A DNA stretch of 64,000 nucleotides, taken from the NCBI RefSeq assembly GCF_009914755.1, contig NC_060947.1, one strand, 5' to 3'. The notes beneath the pieces are model-generated. The model was not told where the DNA came from and made no database searches. It saw nothing but the letters and a program-made list of their open reading frames with translations. Shown here piece after piece: positions 23,901 to 35,900 of this stretch (positions within the stretch are counted from its first letter, which is position 1; each line of letters begins with the position of its first letter). The DNA is from the human T2T-CHM13v2.0 reference genome, Homo sapiens. Both the position numbers and the translations under genes were made by a program.

Positions 23901-26900
23901 CTTGAATGCAATCATCACTCAGAAGTTTCTGAGAATGCTTCTCTTTAGTTTTTACGTGAACATATACCCGTTTCGAACGAAGGCCACCCAGTGGTCCAAA
24001 TATCCACTTGCAGATTATACAGAAAGAGTGTTTCGAACCTGAACTCTCAAAGGCAGGTTCATCTCTGCGAGTTAAATGCATTCATCATGAAGAACTTTCT
24101 CAGAGTGTTTGTGTTTAGTTATGGGAAATTATTCCCGTTTCCAACGAAATCCTCAGAGAGCTCCAAATATCCACCTGCAGATTCTACCAAAAGTGTATTT
24201 GGAAACTGCTCCATCAAAAGGCATGTTCAGCTCTGTGAGTGAAACTCCATCATCACAAAGAATATTCTGAGAATGCTTCCGTTTGCCTTTTATATGAAGT
24301 TCCTTCCTGTACTACCGTAGGCCTCAAAGCAGTCCAAATCTCCATTTGCAGATTCTATAAAAAGAGTGATTCCAATCTGCTCTATCAATAGGATTGTTCA
24401 ACTCCATGAGTTGAATGCCATCCTCACAAAGTAGTTTCTGAGAATGCTTCTATCTGGTTTTTGTGTGAAGATATTTCCTTTTCCACCACAGGCCTCAAAG
24501 CCCTCCAAACGTCCACTTGCAGATTCTCGAAAAAGAGTGTTTCATAGCTGCTCTTTCCAAAGGAAAGTTCAACTCTGGGAGTTGAATACAAACATCACAA
24601 AGTAGTTTCCGAGAATGCTTCTGTTTAGTTTTTATGTGAAGATGATCCCGTTTCCAGTGAAATCTTCAAAGAGGTCCACATATCCCCTTGCAGATTCCAA
24701 AGAAAGAGGGTTTCAAAACTGCTCCATCAGAAGGATTGTTCAACTCTGTGAGTTGAATGCAGTCATCGCAGAAAACTTTCTGAGAAAGCTTCTGTCTAGG
24801 TTTGATGTGAAGATATAGACGTTTCAAACGAAGGCTACGAAGTGGTCAAAATATACACTTGCAGATTCTACTACAAGGGTGTTGCAAACCTGAACTATCA
24901 AAGGAAGGTTCAACTCTGTGAGTTGAATACAAACATCACAAAGAATGTTCTGAGTTTGCTTCCGTTCAGTTATGGGAAGTTGATCCCGTTTCCAAAGAAA
25001 TCCTCAGAGAGGTCCAAATATCCCCTCGCAGATTCTACAAAACGTGTGTTTGGAAACTGCTCCATCATAACGAATGTTCAGCTCCCTGAGTTAAACTCCA
25101 TCGTCACAAAGAATTTTCTGAGAGTGCTACCGTCTGGTTTTTATATGAAGTTCTTTCCTTCACTACCACAGGCCTCAAAGCGGTCCAAATCTCCACTTGC
25201 AGATTCTACAAAAAGAGTGTTTGCAAACTGCTCTATCAAAAGGAATGTTCAACTCTGGGAGTTGAATGCAATCATCACAGAGCAGTTTCTGAGAATGCTT
25301 CTATGTCGTTTTTAGGAGAAGATATTTCCTTTTCCAACACAGTCCTCCAAGCCCGCTAAATAGCCACTTGCACATTGTAGAAAAAGTGTGTCAAAGCTGC
25401 GCTATCAAAGGGAAAGTTCAACTCTGTGAGGTGAATGCAAACATCCCAAAGAAGTTTCTGAGAATGCTTCCGTTTAGCTTTTAGGTGAAGATTATCCCGT
25501 TTCCAACGAAACCTTCAAAGAGGTCCAAATATCCCCTTGCGGATCCCACAGAAAGAGTGTTTCAAAACTGCTGTTTCAAAAGGAATCTTCAACTCTGTGA
25601 GTTGAATGCAATCATCACAAAGAAGTTTCTGACAATGCTTCTCTCTCGTCTTTCTGTGAAGATAAAGGAAAAGGCTTTCAGGCCTTTTCCACCACAGGCC
25701 TGAAAGCGCTCCAAATGTCCACTTGCAGATTCTGCGAAAAGAATATTTCAAAACTGCTCTATGAAAAGCAATGTTAAACTCTGTGGCTCGAACACAAACA
25801 TCACAAAGCGGTTTCTGAGAATGCTTCAGTTTAGTTTTTCTGTGGAAATATTCCCGTTTCCAAAGAAATCTTCAAAGAGGTCCACGCATCCACTTACAGA
25901 TTCTACAAAAAGACAGTTTCAAAACTGCTCCATCAAAAGGAGGGTTCAACCGTGTGACTTGAATGCAATCATCACTCAGAAGTTTCTGAGAATGCTTCTC
26001 TTTAGTTTTTACGTGAACATATACCCGTTTCGAACGAAGGCCACCCAGTGGTCCAAATATCCACTTGCAGATTATACAGAAAGAGTGTTTCGAACCTGAA
26101 CTCTCAAAGGCAGGTTCATCTCTGCGAGTTAAATGCATTCATCATGAAGAACTTTCTCAGAGTGTTTGTGTTTAGTTATGGGAAATTATTCCCGTTTCCA
26201 ACGAAATCCTCAGAGAGCTCCAAATATCCACCTGCAGATTCTACCAAAAGTGTATTTGGAAACTGCTCCATCAAAAGGCATGTTCAGCTCTGTGAGTGAA
26301 ACTCCATCATCACAAAGAATATTCTGAGAATGCTTCCGTTTGCCTTTTATATGAAGTTCCTTCCTGTACTACCGTAGGCCTCAAAGCAGTCCAAATCTCC
26401 ATTTGCAGATTCTATAAAAAGAGTGATTCCAATCTGCTCTATCAATAGGATTGTTCAACTCCATGAGTTGAATGCCATCCTCACAAAGTCGTTGCTGAGA
26501 ATGCTTCTATCTGGTTTTTGTGTGAAGATATTTCCTTTTCCACCACAGGCCTCAAAGCCCTCCAAACGTCCACTTGCAGATTCTCGAAAAAGAGTGTTTC
26601 ATAGCTGCTCTTTCAAAAGGAAAGTTCAACTCTGGGAGTTGAATACAAACATCACAAAATAGTTTCCGAGAATGCTTCTGTTTAGTTTTTATGTGAAGAT
26701 GATCCCGTTTCCAGTGAAATCTTCAAAGAGGTCCACATATCCCCTTGCAGATTCCAAAGAAAGAGGGTTTCAAAACTGCTCCATCAGAAGGATTGTTCAA
26801 CTCTGTGAGTTGAATGCAGTCATCGCAGAAAACTTTCTGAGAATGCTTCTGTCTAGGTTTGATGTGAAGATATAGATGTTTCAAACGAAGGCTACAAAGT

Positions 26901-29900
26901 GGTCAAAATATACACTTGCAGATTCTACTACAAGGGTGTTGCAAACCTGAACTATCAAAGGAAGGTTCAACTCTGTGAGTTGAATACAAACATCACAAAG
27001 AATGTTCTGAGTTTGCTTCCGTTCAGTTATGGGAAGTTGATCCCGTTTCCAACGAAATCCTCAGAGAGGTCCAAATATCCCCTTGCAGATTCTACAAAAC
27101 GTGTGTTTGGAAACTGCTCCATCATAACGAATGTTCAGCTCCCTGAGTTAAACTCCATCGTCACAAAGAATTTTCTGAGAGTGCTACCGTCTGGTTTTTA
27201 TATGAAGTTCTTTCCTTCACTACCACAGGCCTCAAAGCGGTCCAAATCTCCACTTGCAGATTCTACAAAAAGAGTGTTTGCAAACTGCTCTATCAAAAGG
27301 AATGTTCAACTCTGGGAGTTGAATGCAATCATCACAGAGCAGTTTCTGAGAATGCTTCTATGTCGTTTTTAGGAGAAGATATTTCCTTTTCCAACACAGT
27401 CCTCCAAGCCCGCTAAATAGCCACTTGCACATTGTAGAAAAAGTGTGTCGAAGCTGCGCTATCAAAGGGAAAGTTCAACTCTGTGAGGTGAATGCAAACA
27501 TCCCAAAGAAGTTTCTGAGAATGCTTCCGTTTAGCTTTTAGGTGAAGATTATCCCGTTTCCAACGAAACCTTCAAAGAGGTCCAAATATCCCCTTGCGGA
27601 TCCCACAGAAAGAGTGTTTCGAAACTGCTGTTTCAAAAGGAATCTTCAACTCTGTGAGTTGAATGCAATCATCACAAAGAAGTTTCTGACAATGCTTCTC
27701 TCTCGTCTTTCTGTGAAGATAAAGGAAAAGGCTTTCAGGCCTTTTCCACCACAGGCCTGAAAGCGCTCCAAATGTCCACTTGCAGATTCTGCGAAAAGAA
27801 TATTTCAAAACTGCTCTATGAAAAGCAATGTTAAACTCTGCGGCTCGAACACAAACATCACAAAGCGGTTTCTGAGAATGCTTCAGTTTAGTTTTTCTGT
27901 GGAAATATTCCCGTTTCCAAAGAAATCTTCAAAGAGGTCCACGTATCCACTTACAGATTCTACAAAAAGACAGTTTCAAAACTGCTCCATCAAAAGGAGG
28001 GTTCAACCGTGTGACTTGAATGCAATCATCACTCAGAAGTTTCTGAGAATGCTTCTCTTTAGTTTTTACGTGAACATATACCCGTTTCGAACGAAGGCCA
28101 CCCAGTGGTCCAAATATCCACTTGCAGATTATACAGAAAGAGTGTTTCGAACCTGAACTCTCAAAGGCAGGTTCATCTCTGCGAGTTAAATGCATTCATC
28201 ATGAAGAACTTTCTCAGAGTGTTTGTGTTTAGTTATGGGAAATTATTCCCGTTTCCAACGAAATCCTCAGAGAGCTCCAAATATCCACCTGCAGATTCTA
28301 CCAAAAGTGTATTTGGAAACTGCTCCATCAAAAGGCATGTTCAGCTCTGTGAGTGAAACTCCATCATCACAAAGAATATTCTGAGAATGCTTCCGTTTGC
28401 CTTTTATATGAAGTTCCTTCCTGTACTACCGTAGGCCTCAAAGCAGTCCAAATCTCCATTTGCAGATTCTATAAAAAGAGTGATTCCAATCTGCTCTATC
28501 AATAGGATTGTTCAACTCCATGAGTTGAATGCCATCCTCACAAAGTAGTTTCTGAGAATGCTTCTATCTGGTTTTTGTGTGAAGATATTTCCTTTTCCAC
28601 CACAGGCCTCAAAGCCCTCCAAACGTCCACTTGCAGATTCTCGAAAAAGAGTGTTTCATAGCTGCTCTTTCCAAAGGAAAGTTCAACTCTGGGAGTTGAA
28701 TACAAACATCACAAAGTAGTTTCCGAGAATGCTTCTGTTTAGTTTTTATGTGAAGATGATCCCGTTTCCAGTGAAATCTTCAAAGAGGTCCACATATCCC
28801 CTTGCAGATTCCAAAGAAAGAGGGTTTCAAAACTGCTCCATCAGAAGGATTGTTCAACTCTGTGAGTTGAATGCAGTCATCGCAGAAAACTTTCTGAGAA
28901 TGCTTCTGTCTAGGTTTGATGTGAAGATATAGACGTTTCAAACGAAGGCTACAAAGTGGTCAAAATATACACTTGCAGATTCTACTACAAGGGTGTTGCA
29001 AACCTGAACTATCAAAGGAAGGTTCAACTCTGTGAGTTGAATACAAACATCACAAAGAATGTTCTGAGTTTGCTTCCGTTCAGTTATGGGAAGTTGATCC
29101 CGTTTCCAACGAAATCCTCAGAGAGGTCCAAATATCCCCTTGCAGATTCTACAAAACGTGTGTTTGGAAACTGCTCCATCATAACGAATGTTCAGCTCCC
29201 TGAGTTAAACTCCATCGTCACAAAGAATTTTCTGAGAGTGCTACCGTCTGGTTTTTATATGAAGTTCTTTCCTTCACTACCACAGGCCTCAAAGCGGTCA
29301 AAATCTCCACTTGCAGATTCTACAAAAAGAGTGTTTGCAAACTGCTCTATCAAAAGGAATGTTCAACTCTGGGAGTTGAATGCAATCATCACAGAGCAGT
29401 TTCTGAGAATGCTTCTATGTCGTTTTTAGGAGAAGATATTTCCTTTTCCAACACAGTCCTCCAAGCCCGCTAAATAGCCACTTGCACATTGTAGAAAAAG
29501 TGTGTCGAAGCTGCGCTATCAAAGGGAAAGTTCAACTCTGTGAGGTGAATGCAAACATCCCAAAGAAGTTTCTGAGAATGCTTCCGTTTAGCTTTTAGGT
29601 GAAGATTATCCCGTTTCCAACGAAACCTTCAAAGAGGTCCAAATATCCCCTTGCGGATCCCACAGAAAGAGTGTTTCGAAACTGCTGTTTCAAAAGGAAT
29701 CTTCAACTCTGTGAGTTGAATGCAATCATCACAAAGAAGTTTCTGACAATGCTTCTCTCTCGTCTTTCTGTGAAGATAAAGGAAAAGGCTTTCAGGCCTT
29801 TGCCACCACAGGCCTGAAAGCGCTCCAAATGTCCACTTGCAGATTCTGCGAAAAGAATATTTCAAAACTGCTCTATGAAAAGCAATGTTAAACTCTGTGG

Positions 29901-32900
29901 CTCGAACACAAACATCACAAAGCGGTTTCTGAGAATGCTTCAGTTTAGTTTTTCTGTGGAAATATTCCCGTTTCCAAAGAAATCTTCAAAGAGGTCCACG
30001 TATCCACTTACAGATTCTACAAAAAGACAGTTTCAAAACTGCTCCATCAAAAGGAGGGTTCAACTGTGTGACTTGAATGCAATCATCACTCAGAAGTTTC
30101 TGAGAATGCTTCTCTTTAGTTTTTATGTGAACATATACCCGTTTCGAACGAAGGCCACCCAGTGGTCCAAATATCCACTTGCAGATTCTACAGAAAGAGT
30201 GTTTCGAACCTGAACTCTCAAAGGCAGGTTCATCTCTGCGAGTTAAATGCATTCATCATGAAGAACTTTCTCAGAGTGTTTGTGTTTAGTTATGGGAAAT
30301 TATTCCCGTTTCCAACGAAATCCTCAGAGAGCTCCAAATATCCACCTGCAGATTCTACCAAAAGTGTATTTGGAAACTGCTCCATCAAAAGGCATGTTCA
30401 GCTCTGTGAGTGAAACTCCATCATCACAAAGAATATTCTGAGAATGCTTCCGTTTGCCTTTTATATGAAGTTCCTTCCTGTACTACCGTAGGCCTCAAAG
30501 CAGTCCAAATCTCCATTTGCAGATTCTATAAAAAGAGTGATTCCAATCTGCTCTATCAATAGGATTGTTCAACTCCATGAGTTGAATGCCATCCTCACAA
30601 AGTAGTTTCTGAGAATGCTTCTATCTGGTTTTTGTGTGAAGATATTTCCTTTTCCACCACAGGCCTCAAAGCCCTCCAAACGTCCACTTGCAGATTCTCG
30701 AAAAAGAGTGTTTCATAGCTGCTCTTTCAAAAGGAAAGTTCAACTCTGGGAGTTGAATACAAACATCACAAAGTAGTTTCCGAGAATGCTTCTGTTTAGT
30801 TTTTATGTGAGGATGATCCCGTTTCCAGTGAAATCTTCAAAGAGGTCCACATATCCCCTTGCAGATTCCAAAGAAAGAGGGTTTCAAAACTGCTCCATCA
30901 GAAGGATTGTTCAACTCTGTGAGTTGAATGCAGTCATCGCAGAAAACTTTCTGAGAATGCTTCTGTCTAGGTTTGATGTGAAGATATAGACGTTTCAAAC
31001 GAAGGCTACAAAGTGGTCAAAATATACACTTGCAGATTCTACTACAAGGGTGTTGCAAACCTGAACTATCAAAGGAAGGTTCAACTCTGTGAGTTGAATA
31101 CAAACATCACAAAGAATGTTCTGAGTTTGCTTCCGTTCAGTTATGGGAAGTTGATCCCGTTTCCAACGAAATCCTCAGAGAGGTCCAAATATCCCCTTGC
31201 AGATTCTACAAAACGTGTGTTTGGAAACTGCTCCATCATAACGAATGTTCAGCTCCCTGAGTTAAACTCCATCGTCACAAAGAATTTTCTGAGAGTGCTA
31301 CCGTCTGGTTTTTATATGAAGTTCTTTCCTTCACTACCACAGGCCTCAAAGCGGTCCAAATCTCCACTTGCAGATTCTACAAAAAGAGTGTTTGCAAACT
31401 GCTCTATCAAAAGGAATGTTCAACTCTGGGAGTTGAATGCAATCATCACAGAGCAGTTTCTGAGAATGCTTCTATGTCGTTTTTAGGAGAAGATATTTCC
31501 TTTTCCAACACAGTCCTCCAAGCCCGCTAAATAGCCACTTGCACATTGTAGAAAAAGTGTGTCAAAGCTGCGCTATCAAAGGGAAAGTTCAACTCTGTGA
31601 GGTGAATGCAAACATCCCAAAGAAGTTTCTGAGAATGCTTCCGCTTAGCTTTTAGGTGAAGATTATCCCGTTTCCAACGAAACCTTCAAAGAGGTCCAAA
31701 TATCCCCTTGCGGATCCCACAGAAAGAGTGTTTCGAAACTGCTGTTTCAAAAGGAATCTTCAACTCTGTGAGTTGAATGCAATCATCACAAAGAAGTTTC
31801 TGACAATGCTTCTCTCTCGTCTTTCTGTGAAGATAAAGGAAAAGGCTTTCAGGCCTTTGCCACCACAGGCCTGAAAGCGCTCCAAATGTCCACTTGCAGA
31901 TTCTGCGAAAAGAATATTTCAAAACTGCTCTATGAAAAGCAATGTTAAACTCTGTGGCTCGAACACAAACATCACAAAGCGGTTTCTGAGAATGCTTCAG
32001 TTTAGTTTTTCTGTGGAAATATTCCCGTTTCCAAAGAAATCTTCAAAGAGGTCCACGTATCCACTTACAGATTCTACAAAAAGACAGTTTCAAAACTGCT
32101 CCATCAAAAGGAGGGTTCAACCGTGTGACTTGAATGCAATCATCACTCAGAAGTTTCTGAGAATGCTTCTCTTTAGTTTTTACGTGAACATATACCCGTT
32201 TCGAACGAAGGCCACCCAGTGGTCCAAATATCCACTTGCAGATTATACAGAAAGAGTGTTTCGAACCTGAACTCTCAAAGGCAAGTTCATCTCTGCGGGT
32301 TAAAAGCATTCATCATGAAGAACTTTCTCAGAGTGTTTGTGTTTAGTTATGGGAAATTATTCCCGTTTCCAACGAAATCCTCAGAGAGCTCCAAATATCC
32401 ACCTGCAGATTCTACCAAAAGTGTATTTGGAAACTGCTCCATCAAAAGGCATGTTCAGCTCTGTGAGTGAAACTCCATCATCACAAAGAATATTCTGAGA
32501 ATGCTTCCGTTTGCCTTTTATATGAAGTTCCTTCCTGTACTACCGTAGGCCTCAAAGCAGTCCAAATCTCCATTTGCAGATTCTATAAAAAGAGTGATTC
32601 CAATCTGCTCTATCAATAGGATTGTTCAACTCCATGAGTTGAATGCCATCCTCACAAAGTAGTTTCTGAGAATGCTTCTATCTGGTTTTTGTGTGAAGAT
32701 ATTTCCTTTTCCACCACAGGCCTCAAAGCCCTCCAAACGTCCACTTGCAGATTCTCGAAAAAGAGTGTTTCATAGCTGCTCTTTCAAAAGGAAAGTTCAA
32801 CTCTGGGAGTTGAATACAAACATCACAAAGTAGTTTCCGAGAATGCTTCTGTTTAGTTTTTATGTGAAGATGATCCCGTTTCCAGTGAAATCTTCAAAGA

Positions 32901-35900
32901 GGTCCACATATCCCCTTGCAGATTCCAAAGAAAGAGGGTTTCAAAACTGCTCCATCAGAAGGATTGTTCAACTCTGTGAGTTGAATGCAGTCATCGCAGA
33001 AAACTTTCTGAGAATGCTTCTGTCTAGGTTTGATGTGAAGATATAGACGTTTCAAACGAAGGCTACAAAGTGGTCAAAATATACACTTGCAGATTCTACT
33101 ACAAGGGTGTTGCAAACCTGAACTATCAAAGGAAGGTTCAACTCTGTGAGTTGAATACAAACATCACAAAGAATGTTCTGAGTTTGCTTCCGTTCAGTTA
33201 TGGGAAGTTGATCCCGTTTCCAACGAAATCCTCAGAGAGGTCCAAATATCCCCTTGCAGATTCTACAAAACGTGTGTTTGGAAACTGCTCCATCATAACG
33301 AATGTTCAGCTCCCTGAGTTAAACTCCATCGTCACAAAGAATTTTCTGAGAGTGCTACCGTCTGGTTTTTATATGAAGTTCTTTCCTTCACTACCACAGG
33401 CCTCAAAGCGGTCCAAATCTCCACTTGCAGATTCTACAAAAAGAGTGTTTGCAAACTGCTCTATCAAAAGGAATGTTCAACTCTGGGAGTTGAATGCAAT
33501 CATCACAGAGCAGTTTCTGAGAATGCTTCTATGTCGTTTTTAGGAGAAGATATTTCCTTTTCCAACACAGTCCTCCAAGCCCGCTAAATAGCCACTTGCA
33601 CGTTGTAGAAAAAGTGTGTCAAAGCTGCGCTATCAAAGGGAAAGTTCAACTCTGTGAGGTGAATGCAAACATCCCAAAGAAGTTTCTGAGAATGCTTCCG
33701 TTTAGCTTTTAGGTGAAGATTATCCCGTTTCCAACGAAACCTTCAAAGAGGTCCAAATATCCCCTTGCGGATCCCACAGAAAGAGTGTTTCGAAACTGCT
33801 GTTTCAAAAGGAATCTTCAACTCTGTGAGTTGAATGCAATCATCACAAAGAAGTTTCTGACAATGCTTCTCTCTCGTCTTTCTGTGAAGATAAAGGGAAA
33901 GGCTTTCAGGCCTTTGCCACCACAGGCCTGAAAGCGCTCCAAATGTCCACTTGCAGATTCTGCGAAAAGAATATTTCAAAACTGCTCTATGAAAAGCAAT
34001 GTTAAACTCTGTGGCTCGAACACAAACATCACAAAGCGGTTTCTGAGAATGCTTCAGTTTAGTTTTTCTGTGGAAATATTCCCGTTTCCAAAGAAATCTT
34101 CAAAGAGGTCCACGTATCCACTTACAGATTCTACAAAAAGACAGTTTCAAAACTGCTCCATCAAAAGGAGGGTTCAACTGTGTGACATGAATGCAATCAT
34201 CACTCAGAAGTTTCTGAGAATGCTTCTCTTTAGTTTTTACGTGAACATATACCCGTTTCGAACGAAGGCCACCCAGTGGTCCAAATATCCACTTGCAGAT
34301 TATACAGAAAGAGTGTTTCGAACCTGAACTCTCAAAGGCAGGTTCATCTCTGCGAGTTAAATGCATTCATCATGAAGAACTTTCTCAGCGTGTTTGTGTT
34401 TAGTTATGGGAAATTATTCCCGTTTCCAACGAAATCCTCAGAGAGCTCCAAATATCCACCTGCAGATTCTACCAAAAGTGTATTTGGAAACTGCTCCATC
34501 AAAAGGCATGTTCAGCTCTGTGAGTGAAACTCCATCATCACAAAGAATATTCTGAGAATGCTTCCGTTTGCCTTTTATATGAAGTTCCTTCCTGTACTAC
34601 CGTAGGCCTCAAAGCAGTCCAAATCTCCATTTGCAGATTCTACAAAAAGAGTGATTCCAATCTGCTCTATCAATAGGATTGTTCAACTCCATGAGTTGAA
34701 TGCCATCCTCACAAAGCAGTTTCTGAGAATGCTTCTATCTGGTTTTTGTGTGAAGATATTTCCTTTTCCACCACAGGCCTCAAAGCCCTCCAAACGTCCA
34801 CTTGCAGATTCTCGAAAAAGAGTGTTTCGTAGCTGCTCTTTCAAAAGGAAAGTTCAACTCTGGGAGTTGAATACAAACATCACAAAGTAGTTTCCGAGAA
34901 TGCTTCTGTTTAGTTTTTATGTGAAGATGATCCCGTTTCCAGTGAAATCTTCAAAGAGGTCCACATATCCCCTTGCAGATTCCAAAGAAAGAGGGTTTCA
35001 AAACTGCTCCATCAGAAGGATTGTTCAACTCTGTGAGTTGAATGCAGTCATCGCAGAAAACTTTCTGAGAATGCTTCTGTCTAGGTTTGATGTGAAGATA
35101 TAGACGTTTCAAACGAAGGCTACAAAGTGGTCAAAATATACAATTGCAGATTCTACTACAAGGGTGTTGCAAACCTGAACTATCAAAGGAAGGTTCAACT
35201 CTGTGAGTTGAATACAAACATCACAAAGAATGTTCTGAGTTTGCTTCCGTTCAGTTATGGGAAGTTGATCCCGTTTCCAACGAAATCCTCAGAGAGGTCC
35301 AAATATCCCCTCGCAGATTCTACAAAACGTGTGTTTGGAAACTGCTCCATCATAACGAATGTTCAGCTCCCTGAGTTAAACTCCATCGTCACAAAGAATT
35401 TTCTGAGAGTGCTACCGTCTGGTTTTTATATGAAGTTCTTTCCTTCACTACCACAGGCCTCAAAGCGGTCCAAATCTCCACTTGCAGATTCTACAAAAAG
35501 AGTGTTTGCAAACTGCTCTATCAAAAGGAATGTTCAACTCTGGGAGTTGAATGCAATCATCACAGAGCAGTTTCTGAGAATGCTTCTATGTCGTTTTTAG
35601 AAGATATTTCCTTTTCCAACACAGTCCTCCAAGCCCGCTAAATAGCCACTTGCACATTGTAGAAAAAGTGTGTCAAAGCTGCGCTATCAAAGGGAAAGTT
35701 CAACTCTGTGAGGTGAATGCAAACATCCCAAAGAAGTTTCTGAGAATGCTTCCGTTTAGCTTTTAGGTGAAGATTATCCCGTTTCCAACGAAACCTTCAA
35801 AGAGGTGCAAATATCCCCTTGCGGATCCCACAGAAAGAGTGTTTCGAAACTGCTGTTTCAAAAGGAATCTTCAACTCTGTGAGTTGAATGCAATCATCAC

